DNA of 64,000 nucleotides from the human T2T-CHM13v2.0 reference genome, Homo sapiens: the NCBI RefSeq assembly GCF_009914755.1, contig NC_060926.1. One strand, given 5' to 3'. Under the pieces are notes generated by a model. It had not been told where the DNA came from and did not search any database. It saw only the letters and a list, made by a program, of their open reading frames with translations. This document shows positions 12,110 to 24,548 of this stretch, piece by piece. Numbering within the stretch: the first letter of the stretch is position 1; each line of letters begins with the position of its first letter. A program made the translations under genes and the position numbers.

Positions 12110-12800
12110 AGTTTAAGTGACTCATCAGGAAGCCAAGAAGAATTTCTAAGGGTCATCACAGACAGGCTCAAAAGATGCACAGTATGAATGAGGAAATCTG
12201 TTAACGGCTCTTAACCAGACAGCTCAGGTGCAGAGAAGGCAAGTTAGTTTGGGAAACTGAAACCAAACAACGTCCATGAAAGTCACACTGCCTCACTGCC
12301 CAGTTAGTGCAAGCAAAAGGCCAGCAGGGCGGGCCTGAGGCGCCATGGGGCAGAGCCTGCGGAGTCAGATAGGGAAGCCCCAGAGAGAGGAGAGGATCAT
12401 GACTAAAACACTCAAGAGGTGGCATCAAAACATCATGCTGTTTCTAGATAGCACATGGACTTTGCCAAACCAGAGTGAAATTAGCAGAAGCAAAATACGG
12501 GAACATAATTTTGGGAAGGTAAAGCAGTTGCTAAATGAACCGCTAACTAGCCATCTTGACTGTCACCCAACAGCGGCCGCCTGGTGGGACCACTTTGTTT
12601 ATGGCATGAGAGTCCTTTAGCGGGGCAGTCAAGTGCAGCTTCAAACGGTGGCTTAGGTGTTAGCCTGGGCTGTGGCAATGAAGTAAAAGGCTGTGTGAAG
12701 CTGCGCCAGAAACAGCCTCTGCAAAACAGCCGCTGCGGGCGTGAATTTTATGAGTTCTCCGTATGCAAACTACTATTAGTCACGCATTGATTGATCCATT
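12110..12800. promoter_or_regulatory. Candidate intronic enhancer or alternative promoter (ISRE, AP-1 and CTCF-like motifs, CpG-enriched)
   Basis: TGACTCA 12118-12124; GGGAAACTGAAACC 12251-12264; GCGGCCGCCTGGTGG 12573-12587; local CpG excess in non-Alu sequence. Confidence 0.55.
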
Positions 12801-13532
12801 CCTTCCAGGAGCATCCGTCCTCAGAAGCTTGGTTTCCAACTGCAAAGGCAAGCCTTTCAGCACAACCTCACTATAACTCTTCCTTGGTCATCCATGCCTT
12901 ATATTTAAAGCTCTGCATAATGAGGGCTTTTTTTTTTAGATTAAGATGCTTAAACCCTTTTTGATACCACTGAATTATGAGGAGTGACACAGTGAGGTTC
13001 CTTTATTTTTATGTGCACATGTGAGTTCACACAATTTCTCCATCTTTCTCAAAGACATTTCCATAGGAAAATAAACATAGTGAATTTATAAATAACAGGC
13101 TGAGAAACAATGCCGCTGTCTCCACATTCGCCAAGCCAAGTGATTAAAGCAGAAACAGAGGTTGGCCCAGAAATTTACTAGAATTCAACATTACTATGTA
13201 ATATCCAAGTATAAGCAGAAACTATTTTTTTCCCCTTTTTCTGTAAAACTTGGAATACCTGTCCTAATTAAATGTCTTCCTCCAGGAATTGTATCTGATA
13301 TTCAGTTAGATTTGATATCAAAACTCAGTTATTGACAATTTTCTAAGGATACAGTCAGTGCTAGGATATACAAAATGACAAGGATAGAAAATGTTTTCTG
13401 TGCACATCTTACCATGTGTTTTTTTCTTTTGAAGAAGGATAGGCAAGAGTAGTATAAACATCTAAAAAGGAAGTATCTCCACAAGTAGTGGTTTATTTTG
13501 TGTTTTGCCTTAACATAATACAACATTGTGTT

Positions 13533-13640
13533 TTGCAGGGGAGAGACTGGAGGCAGAGAAAGCCATTATTTTATGTTTATTCCATAATTCTGGGTCTTTG
13601 CAGTTCACACAGCTGTGTAGGTGGATTGAAAACCTTTGTC
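13533..13640 (+). repeat. 108-bp dispersed direct repeat, copy 2
   Basis: ttgcaggggagagactggaggcagaga...ggtggattgaaaacctttgtc. Confidence 0.9.
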
Positions 13641-14565
13641 TAATATAACTATAATGTACTTAGTATAATTAATATTATATTAATTATATTATTTAGGTGT
13701 GCCTGATGTGGTAATAATGATGGTGATGATTAAGAAATTTTATGTAATATGAACCCATAGTGGCTTGAAATAAATGCTAGATTTAAAAGAGCTATATTGG
13801 AAGGGTAACATAATCTTTAGGTATAATTCCAGTGCACTGGTAACAATGAGGCAAATAATGTGTATTGTTGAACACATTCTGTTAATGACCTTCCTGGGCT
13901 GGATGGAGGGATTTTTTTGTGTTTTTCTTCCTCCCCATCTTAACCTCTCTCAAAAACAAAACAAAACAAAACAACAAAAAAAACCCAGCTCATCAAAAGG
14001 ATAGTTGAGGGTTGCTCACAGGATCAAAATCCTTTGCACAGCCTTGTAGGCCCTGTACGATCTGGTCCCTGCCCAGTTCTGGCTTCCTCTTGTACTCTAG
14101 AAGCCTACCCTCTGCCTCCCTCCCTAATCATGTCCAACTCCTCCCTTCTCATCCATGCCTTGCCCCTCACTCATGCTGTTCTCTATGCCCAAAATGCTTT
14201 TCCCCTTCCCCTCCCACCCATCTCTTCTCACTCATCCTCCATCCAGGTCTCAGTGGATAAAGTCATATAAGTCAAGTCTCCCTGTCATATGATTTTATAC
14301 CACTTAAGTGGAATGTATAAGCATATATTTGTGCAATCATTTGGTCAATGTGTAAATCCTCCTCTGGTCTCTAAGTTCCAGGAAGTTTGATTGCTTGTCA
14401 GATAATAGGTATTCAAAAAATATTCACAGAATTGGATTTTTAAAGATGACACAGAGAAGTAAGAAAGAACTTAGATTTGAAGACGTTAATTTGTTTTAAT
14501 GGATGCCAGAAAAACTAAGAACAATGAAATGTGAGAATAGAAAATCAATTTGTATGTGTGTGACT

Positions 14566-14609
14566 CACACACATACATATATATATATATATACATATAT
14601 ATATAATAT
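14566..14609. repeat. (CA)n(TA)n microsatellite
   Basis: cacacacatacatatatatatatatatacatatatatataat. Confidence 0.85.
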
Positions 14610-15872
14610 TAGAGTCCTCAGTAAAACTCAAATATTTAGCACTTATAAAATGTCAAGATTCAAAACCACCTTTCTAATCTATAGTGTCAGCACCTTTACA
14701 AGTCATATACCCACCCATGGCTTGTGCTGGGTGGGTACATGACAGTAGCTTGTGCTGTTGTCTCATTACAACCTAAATACTCTTACATGCAGATCTGTAT
14801 GGAATAGGTGATCTGTTTTCTAACATAATCAGGAAATAGGCCATCTTGTTCAATGAAATGTTCTGGTCAATAGCATCACATTACACATACCATACCCATT
14901 TAATCCATATTCTGTGAATCCAATTATACTAAACTGCATTTAACTCTAAAACCCACTGATCATAATTTAAATGCTGATGAAAACATTTGAAGACCGTACA
15001 GTGCTTTAATGATCACTTACCTTTGCACCATGCAGTACTCTAGTATTCTCAGTAGCAGCTGCAGTAATCCCTGTGATAGAAAACTGGGTGAACCAGGTTT
15101 TACTAAAATCAATAGAACATTCTGTAGTTATTGCAAGTACTGTGAGATAAAGGTCAATTAATTCTAATAGGCAAGAAGAAAGAATATATGCTAAATTTGA
15201 CTAGGAAATGCATATATGTCATTAAACGTTGAATATAAGCTTTAACCTATTGAAATCCTTAGTGGATATATGTATTTACTATTTTCAATGTTTGATTTTC
15301 AGAAGTGTGTTCACAAACATTTTTTGGACTATAGCTAAGATTACCATTTCAAAAATACAATGCTCCACATTTTTGTATCTTTAAACATTAATGGAATTTC
15401 ACAGCACACTTCTGTTGACCCTCAAGATGACTGTTTCCACTGTGCAGATAGAGAAGCTGAGGCATGAGGCTATTTCTGTACATTTTCTAAAGATACCCCC
15501 TGAGCCAGTGGAAAGGAAGCCTGAGACAGAAAAAGACTTGGTGTCCTCACTGAGAACACATCTTGTATGCATCTGTAGTCTTGGGGGAGGGTAGATTGCA
15601 AAACCAGAGTTGGCTTTTCACACATGCTCCTACACTCCTACAAGGAGGTCTTTGTAAAAATGTGTACACAAATAAAGTGGGTGTCAAGGTGATTACCAGG
15701 ATGAATTTTCACTGGTCTGGAATGCCTTGAGTATGCTTGATGACAAGAAGGTAGATTAGTTGGCTTTTCAAGGCCTTTCTAATAGTTGTAATTCTATCCA
15801 GTGGGCAATTCATAGATGAAAAATATTTAAAGTGTTCACATTTCTATTTCTTTTTTTTTTTTTCCTTTACAG

Positions 15873-15981
15873 ATCTATGCAGTTAGATCAGTTGTTCCCA
15901 ACAAAAGCAATAATGAAATAGTCCTGGTGCTCCAACAGTTTGATTTTAATGTGGATAAAGCCGTGCAAGCCTTTGTGGATG
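15873..15981 (+). CDS. SPATS2L: SPATS2L coding exon A (109 nt; IYAVRSVVPNKSNNEIVLVLQQFDFNVDKAVQAFVD+G), N-terminal UBA/CUE-like region
   Basis: Long T tract and cctttacag acceptor; donor G|gtaggt; phase 0 to 1; open frame. Confidence 0.95.
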
Positions 15982-16117
15982 GTAGGTATACCTGTACCCT
16001 GCAGCTGAAGATGTTAGACTTAAATATTCCAGATATTCCATATTTTTTCCTTAAATGAACTGAATATCAATTCATTATGTGTACTTTAGGTCTCATAGAA
16101 ATGTGCGAGGTTTCACA

Positions 16118-16183
16118 TGATTGCGCTACTGCACTCTAGCCTAGGTGACAGAGTGAGACTCCATCTCAAAAAAAAAAAAAAAA
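16118..16183 (+). mobile_element. Alu 3' fragment with poly(A)
   Basis: actgcactctagcctaggtgacagagtgagactccatctc-A16. Confidence 0.9.
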
Positions 16184-16334
16184 ATAGACACACTCAATAA
16201 GAATAGAATTTGGAAGTTCTTTATCTCTCATTTAAGGAAAAAAAGACTCTAGATAGTTTTCAAAGGATATTGATAATAGTGCTACTAATTTCCTTGCCTA
16301 CCAGTCATTCCAATTTAATATTAAATGTGTCCTT

Positions 16335-16631
16335 GGCCAGCAGTGACTCACGCCTGTAGTCCCAGCACTTCGGAAGGCGAAGGTGGGCAGATCACTTGAG
16401 GCCAGGAGTTCGAGACCAGCCTGGGAAACATGGTGAAACCCCGTCTCTATAAAAAAATATATATATAAATTAGCCAGGCATAGTAATGCACGCCTGTAGT
16501 CCCAGCTTCTTGGAGGCTGAGGTGGGAGGATGGCTTGAGCCCCTGAGGCAGAGGTTGCACTGAGCTGAGATCGCACCATTGCACTCCAGCCTAGATGACA
16601 GACTGAGACCCTGTCTCAATAGATAAATAAA
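16335..16631 (+). mobile_element. Full-length Alu (AluJ-like)
   Basis: Dimeric Alu; TSD taaatgtgtcctt at 16322-16334 and 16632-16644. Confidence 0.95.
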
Positions 16632-17915
16632 TAAATGTGTCCTTTATTTGATACCATTCTTATGAATGGAGGATAATGTATTTTGGTCCTTATCTGGAAA
16701 GTCTTCTCACTTCTCCAACCAGCATAATCCTACTTGGCTTTATGACTGGAATTCTTAAACCTGATGCTTATGTAGTCTAAGAGGACTGGTTTATTCTTTA
16801 ATATCTTTAGTTTATGATTTTTAGATTGCCAAATTAATCAGAATATCAGTTTATCTTATCTATCTCTAAAATCTTTTTGCTTTATTTTAAAAATTTTGTT
16901 GTTTAGGTAGTCCATTGCCAGAGATGTTATAAAATCTAAAGTCTCAGGAATACGTTTATCCTATAATTTACAACGTAATGCTTTGGATTTCCTGTAAATT
17001 TTGGGAAATTATCCTCTTCTAATCAAATTAAACAAGTTCCAGTTTTGAACAAAGATCTCTTACTTGTCCTCAGTTATCATATGTCTTCTGTCCTGGCATT
17101 AGTTTCTATTTTGTAAATATGGGCAAGCTACACATAATCTGTCAAATAAGGTCAAGGAAGACCTGCCAGCACATTTCTCAGTTGTATCCTATTTACAGTT
17201 TGTCAAGGACAGTTTGATTTACTTATTTTCCTAGGAGTAGAATAACCTTCTTGAGTTTCTAAAAGTATAATTGCATTTCAGGGCAAGGTCTTGGAACTAA
17301 GCAATATGCTCACATTCTGATATCAGCAGTCAAGGTTTAGGGTCCTAATTGAATTAGCAAATGATTATCATTCAGTAGACCTATAAGCAAATCCATGGTG
17401 CATAACTTTTCTCACTGTTTTTTCCTGCTTCATATACTAAGAGATACATAATTTTTAGTCACAAGAAGCAAATAGTAGAGAATGCAGTATTAATCTAACT
17501 TTGCAGCATTAGGTGCAGTTTGTCTCAAAAAATATTTGGAAATAAGCATATCCTGGATCAGATACAGTCTCTTTTCAGGTTTTACTTGCCAACATCACCT
17601 GCATGGAAAAAAAGCTTTAGGAAAGGGTAAAGGCTATTATCCCCATTCCTCCCTACCCCCACTTGGATTGAGGCCCCCCACGTTCCTCATCATGAAAGTT
17701 TTTATTGCAGAGTGATCTTGATCAGATGCACAGTAACTGATGGACTGTCATCAAATCTGTTTGTACTTAAACAGAGCACCTTGCTTGTCCTTCTTGAAAT
17801 TTTCACCTTGTCAGTGTTGAGATCTCATTAATAAAGCTCATTGATTGCTGAGAAGCCTCATGAGAAGTCATTTTGGTTGGGGAGCAGTAGGAAAACTTGA
17901 TTTAAAAATACTGGG

Positions 17916-18253
<338 letters not shown>

Positions 18254-19941
18254 TTAGGAGTCATTTATGAGGCATACAGAAAGCGCTCTGAGTGGCTGAA
18301 AAACTCCAAGCCGTTTCAGTATAATTAAAATTTAATAATAACAGTTTCAAAATCCTCTGTAAATATGGGTATTTCTTCTTCAAAATTAGTCCCTAAAGCT
18401 CATTGTCCAAATTACAAATAGAATGTATATCAAAACATGAAAATTAGAGGACTAATTGAATATGGCAGTTGTGAAAGCAATAAGCAACTCACCACCACTT
18501 TCTGATTAAAATGAACAGTATTTAGCATTTTTAAGTTTTAGTTTTATTTAGAAAACTGAAGCGTAGCTATAAGTAAGAACTGCCCTAATTATTATTAACC
18601 AAGACTTACCAAGAAACTTAACAAAAGGGACTTTCTAAATTTCTTCTAAAGGAAAATGCTGTGAAACATTAATTCTCTGGACAAATTAGAGAAAGACCAA
18701 CCCAGTTAATAAAAAGTCTGAATTATAGCTTACTTTTAGGTGCAGTCTTATTATTTCAAGTACATGCAACTCAGACAAGTCTAAGAGGGGCGTTGAGTTG
18801 GAAACTTTAAATAGATAGGAATTATTAGCCTGTCTAAACATTAGTCAAAGCCATATGGCCTTCTGCTTATCTAACAGTGACAGTAGACTCAATAATTAGG
18901 ACCCTACTAATTTGAAATTTATTATAAAGACCAGCCTGAAATTTATCTTTGTTTGGCCAACATACTCCTTTTAGAGAGCTATTAGTATATTTAGATTGTA
19001 TGAGAATTTTTAAAATTGTTAAAAGAATATACTTAAAAGAGCTACTCTCTTTTAGAAATACTGTGCCTATTTATTTGAAAACAACTGATATCCTCATTAC
19101 CAATAACTTGTTATTGAAACCACCTTCAGCACAGTGGGAATGAATGAATGAACTTTGTTAGACTATGGAGAAACATGGATTGCAGCTGGCCAGCGATAAA
19201 ACATTTTTTTAATGTCTTGTAATTTAATTAGGCATTTAATTTATATATAATTTAATATAATTTGAATATAATTTAATTAGGTATCTTCTCTGAGTCAGTG
19301 CAGTTCTACCGATATATGTGAATGGGATGGACAGAACCTGGGGCCCAACTTTTCACTTAATGAACTTTTTTTGGTTTCAAGGTAGAAGCCTTGTAGACCA
19401 CATCCCATCTCTATCCATGCTAACTCTAGAGAAACTAATATCATTGTAATATGTCTTCCTCATCCCCCTGCAAGATGTGAACATATGAATAGGGACAGAG
19501 AAAGAGAAAGAATGGCCAAACAGAAAGCTGTGATTCACATTGTTAATAATATTCAGAATCCCATATTTGGTTCAGAAGATTATAGGTATTTTTATTCATA
19601 TATCAAACAGAATAATTTTAATTCTACTTATGGCAACAAAGCTGCTAGAAAATTCTCAAGATATATTTCATTTTCCGTACGACAATATAATGATAAAAAA
19701 GTAAGCTTCATGTAGTGAGGCTTAATATTTTGATAAAACCAAGATCATACAGTGAATTAAATGAAAATCTGGGAAATAAAAAATGAAACTGGCATTTTTA
19801 TTAAGATAGGATGTATCAAAACAAATGAAAAAGCCAAAAAAAAAAAAAAAAAAGCTGCTACCAAGATGGAAAGACAGAGATGAATTTTGTGTGGTGTTTT
19901 ATGATGTGAATATTTGTTGAAGATTCTTTGTCTTTATCTAG

Positions 19942-19991
19942 GCAGTGCAATTCAAGTTCTAAAAGAATGGAATATGACAGGAAAAAAGAAG
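19942..19991 (+). CDS. SPATS2L: SPATS2L coding exon B (50 nt; (G)SAIQVLKEWNMTGKKK)
   Basis: Acceptor tctttatctag; donor AAG|gtaaga; phase 1 to 0 continues exon A. Confidence 0.95.
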
Positions 19992-21853
19992 GTAAGATTA
20001 ATATTGATTGTAAATTGGTAACATCTTCAATCAAAACCTTCATGGTTGTTATCATTTTAACAAGGCTGCCAATTTTTTGCTTCTTTCAAGTATGTTAATA
20101 TATACACCCAGAAAGCTTCCAAATTCATGACTCTCGGAAATTAGCAGATACTCTCAGATACTCTCACTAGTAATGCCCTTATTTTCTACTCAGTGTTTTT
20201 AACAACCAGGTGTGCTTAAGAAGTCCCAGAGTTGTTCTCTTTTTTAAGTATAAAGGGGAGCCCAGCTGGAGAATTCAAAGGATTCAAAACATTAACTTGC
20301 CTGAACGTATCCTGTAGCACAAAGAAAAAAATTAAGGAGTATTTTAAAGATACTTGAAAACTTCTAAATATATTTTCACATGTTTTTCCACCTGAAAGAA
20401 TCTGTCCAAGGCTGCCCTGAGATGCTTTTTGGCCGAATTCTAAGGTAGATCATTAATAAAAGAAGAAGAAAAGAAAATGCCTTAGAACCATAGTAAGTAA
20501 GGGGCTTTCTTGAACACTGGCGTACTGCTCTTTGAGAACAAAGGGAAGGGGATTTTACTGTGTCCCATTCAAACTGGTTTGCTTTCTTGTCGAGTCACAA
20601 AGGGCCTGGGATTTCTGGGAGCTCGTGAGATGCGTCTGTGCATACACACTAGCAAAAGTGTGCCGCTCCTTTCAAAGTAACTGTTCCACTCATTCCTGCT
20701 ATGACACAGCAAGGCCTTGTGTTTCGGATTTCCCAGGATATAGTACGCCAGTCTACCCTTCCCAGTGGGGGAAGATCACAGGCCTGCAAAACAGGTTCTG
20801 AACAAACAATAACACAGTATTACTTTCATAAAACCCGAAGATTACTGAAATTTCAGGAATCATCCTTTCCGTTTTTCTCCTCCTAGTTTCATGTAGAGTA
20901 GGAAAATTATGAGTTTTTTTTTTAACCTTTGTATGCCACCATCTTTGACAATCTCTGCTTGTCTTTAATCATAGCTTCCCAGGCCTCTGTGTGAGATGAA
21001 CATGATTTGCAAGTGATTGAAAGGCAGTATTTAGACTTACATAGAAAAATTTCAAATGTGTGGTTTGGGTATTAGATTTTTCTGATGTGAAAAAAAGAGC
21101 AGACAGCAGCTGCAGACCCAACTCATTACTGAGTCTTCCTCCTGGAGGTTGAAAAGGAAAATGGTCTCCCAGCCAAGTAGATGTGAGGCTTGAGAGCCAG
21201 AAGCTGCTGTGGGTGTTTTGTGGGAATAAGTGCCACTGGCCTTGCCTTCAACCTGGGACACACACCTCTCACCTAGGAAAGCACTTACTGGGGCATGATT
21301 GTGGTTCCAAAGGAAAAAAGCAGGGAGGAGAATTGAGAAGAAAAAACTGTTTATTTTTACTTCTTTTGTAAATGTGTTGAAGAACGAAGCCACGCTGATG
21401 TTCAGCTGGCACGCACTCATTCAGCAGGTGGGACAGGGTCTTTCTTATGGGTCGGCGTCTGTTCTGATTGGCCGGGGCTGGTACCATACTGCTTGTTGAG
21501 TACACTGAGTATCAACTGGGTACAAAGCAACATCAAGTCAAACATATAACATAATTAGGAACAACAGCTTCTTAATTTTCTTGATATTCTCATGTATTCA
21601 CCATTAGAGCATTTTAAGAGAGATATAGTAAAACTCCGCATTTTAGACTCTTGTGATATTGGGGGGTCTAAACAATTTCAATTGTATAAAATGCAGGGTG
21701 GTTTTATTTCAAAGGAAATAAAATGAAGCCTTGTAATGCTGTTCAGCTAGCAGCCGAGAGGTCCAGGGGCTTTCTCACCGGAAAAGGGGGACTTATATCA
21801 CTTTGGCATTACCTTGAAGCTGTTGTCTGCTCCAGCTGAAATATTCATGGGAT

Positions 21854-22173
21854 GGCAGGGCGCAGTGGCTTGTGCCTGTAATCTCAGCACTTTGGGAGGC
21901 AGAGGCAAGAGAATCACTTGAGCCCAGAAGTTTGAGACCAGCTTGAGCAACATAGGGAGACCCTGTATCTACAAAACATTTTAAAAAATAGCTGCATGTG
22001 GTGGTGCATGCCTGTAGTAACAGCTACTCAGAAGGCTGAGGTGGGAGGATCGCTTATGCCCAGGGGGTTGAAGCTGCAGTGAGCTGTGATCACACAACTG
22101 CATTCCAGCCTGGGCGACAGAGCCAGAGTGAGACCTTATTAAATAATAAATAAATAAATAAATAAATAAATAA
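21854..22173 (+). mobile_element. AluJ with (TAAA)n tail
   Basis: Dimeric Alu; degenerate TSD tcatgggatg/tcatggggatg. Confidence 0.93.
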
Positions 22174-22804
22174 TCATGGGGATGATTATGGATCCTGTGG
22201 CTACCTGGGACTTCCTAGACAATGACAGCAATTCCAGGAATCTCCTTGTTGACTGGTTTCTATTTCAGAGACCCAACCTGAATTTTAAGGACCTACCTTC
22301 TGTGTCCTCATTTTACAAGAAGAAGTTGCCTGCCTTTTCCCTAGTAGTCCTCCCCTTTACCTCTCCTTCTGCCGAGCAGATGGGAACCTTAGTGGCCTCC
22401 TTGCCTCCCCAGCATTCACCACTTTGAGATGAGAGCTACTCCCCAGTGGCAGGATAACTGAAATCAAATTTTTTCAGGATGGTTATCACCAGATTTTACT
22501 ATAGAACCTCAAGTTGCTCAAATAATATGTCAGCTATTTAAGCCATTCCTTGTTGTTTTTTTCTTCCTTTTATTGGAACCTTTTTTATTGTGTTTATGAG
22601 GTGAAAGTTTATACAACTTACTATAAGAAAGAAGATACTTAAATTAACTTGGGTGGTTAATAAAGATGTAAATATTCTTCATCCAGTCTATAAGAAGAGC
22701 CAGGAACCAAAAAAGATAGCATATCTTATTTTCATCTCTCAGATTCACCTTATATTTCAAGAGTCTGAGTTGAATATTATGTTCTCATTTGTTTCTCATT
22801 CTAG

Positions 22805-23051
22805 AACAATAAAAGAAAAAGAAGCAAGTCCAAGCAGCATCAAGGCAACAAAGATGCTAAAGACAAGGTGGAGAGGCCTGAGGCAGGGCCCCTGCAGCCG
22901 CAGCCACCACAGATTCAAAACGGCCCCATGAATGGCTGCGAGAAGGACAGCTCGTCCACAGATTCTGCTAACGAAAAACCAGCCCTTATCCCTCGTGAGA
23001 AAAAGATCTCGATACTTGAGGAACCTTCAAAGGCACTTCGTGGGGTCACAG
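22805..23051 (+). CDS. SPATS2L: SPATS2L coding exon C (247 nt; NNKRKRSKSKQHQGNKDAKDKVERPEAGPLQPQPPQIQNGP...ALRGVT)
   Basis: Acceptor tttctcattctag; donor ACAG|gtcagt; overlaps ORF 22868..23059; phase 0 to 1. Confidence 0.96.
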
Positions 23052-23265
23052 GTCAGTAATGCTTAAGTAAAATTGCTTAGGAAGGCATAGATGAAAAGAG
23101 CACAAAGGGAGCTCATTGGGGCTGCTGTTGATGTTGTTGAAAATGGAAGGTTGTTTTTCTGCAGTGTGTACGATTCAGCCTTCCTGAAGCCAGGATTGGG
23201 GGTGAAGGGGAATGTAACAGGGCAGAGAATAAATGCTCAATCTAGCTCTACACCAAGTCAGAGGA

Positions 23266-23430
23266 TTTTTTTTTTTTTTTTTTTGAGTCTGGGTCTTGCT
23301 GTGCAAGGCTAGAGTGCAGTGGTGTGGTCATAGCTCACTGCAGCTGCAGTCTTGAACTCCTGGACTCAAGCAATCCTGCCTTGGCATCCCAAAGTGCTGG
23401 GATTACAGACATGAGCCACCACACTTAGCC
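23266..23430 (-). mobile_element. Free Alu monomer (FRAM-like)
   Basis: Poly(T) plus a single arm; TSD agtcagagg at 23256-23264 and 23431-23439. Confidence 0.88.
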
Positions 23431-23793
23431 AGTCAGAGGTCTTTTTTAATGGAAATTCCAGTTTAAAGAAATATTCTATATAGACACATTTGCTAGAATT
23501 CACCTGGGGTAATGAAGGAATAGTTGATGACAAAAAGAAATGTTATTCAATGTTTTCTTTAGAAAGGGCAGACCAAATTATTTTAACTGCTGGTATTTTT
23601 TATATGATGTGACAGAACATAATCTTCCAGGGTGTTAGAATCTGGAACATTAATTATTTGTGCTATAGCTATATATTTATTACTCTTCAAAAGGCCACTT
23701 CCTAATCCACTGTTTGACTTTGGGCACATCATCTACTCTAGGGTCCCATTTCCTTTCTGAAAAATAAGGAAACTGCATTGGAATCTACTAGAT

Positions 23794-24548
23794 CAGTGCT
23801 TCTCAATACTATCTGACCCAATGCCCCATTTTTAGAACAAATGTTAAAATAAATCTCATGAATAATATAACCTACCTAGAAACAGAATTTCAATAAATAA
23901 AAATATAAGACATTCAGGAAAAACTAAAATAGAAGGCTCAATAAAGAGGCCAGATTTTTACACCCACTTATAATGAATCACTTTGCAATTAAATGAAGTA
24001 AGGCAGTAGTCAGCTGGATATTGTGGATACTGTTTTACATTTGACATGTACAGTAAGAGCTCAATACGTATATTTGTATATAACATGGAATCACTGTGAA
24101 TGCACCTGCTACAAATGCAGTCCAATTTAGGGTAATGGGTGTCAGCTCTAATATCATGGCTGCTGATGTGGTTTTCCACATGGCCAAAAATTCTTAGTCA
24201 AGTTCTAAACATCATAAAGTACCATCTTCCTTTAATTTATGCAATAGTTGAATCTTGGAAATCCAAACAAATGTTGTAAATCCGTAGTAAAACTGTCTAG
24301 ACTCACATAATTATATATATATTTTTTTAAAATCATGAATGTCCAGGGGAACATGAGAAAGTTCAGGACACAGATTAATTCTTTGTTGTGTATGACATTC
24401 CCAGGATTGCAAGTCATCTAGCATCCTGCCCCCCAACCCCACCGCCAACACACACACACACAATCATTTTGCTAATTTTTAAAAATGCCCGCTCAGTTTT
24501 TCAGAATGCCTCCTAAAAGGTGGTAGATCCTTTGATGAGAATCACTAC
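23794..24548. mobile_element. hAT-Charlie-type DNA transposon relic (MER20B-like) interrupting a MIR
   Basis: Termini cagtgcttctcaa...tgagaatcacta; flanks tactagat/cactagtt; MIR-like sequence on both sides. Confidence 0.55.

Noticed and set aside
14376-14390. Isolated GAS-like TTCCAGGAA motifs (also near 22232, 59024, 61742) and a CRE-like TGACGTAA near 29482
   Set aside because: Single short motifs at roughly chance frequency, several inside repeats, with no clustering
1-15872. Additional SPATS2L coding exon or start codon in the first 15.8 kb
   Set aside because: No segment encoding the N-terminus I recall (MAELNTHVNVKEK) was found; the ORFs here are short and TE-derived or featureless
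16298-16579. ORFs overlapping Alus (also 18023, 25525, 27723, 29663, 34291, 34347, 54581-54937)
   Set aside because: Typical Alu-derived pseudo-peptides such as [19 protein letters not shown]; no evidence of coding function
22653-22931. 92-aa ORF overlapping exon C in another frame
   Set aside because: Starts in the intron at GTG; out-of-frame shadow of the purine-rich exon
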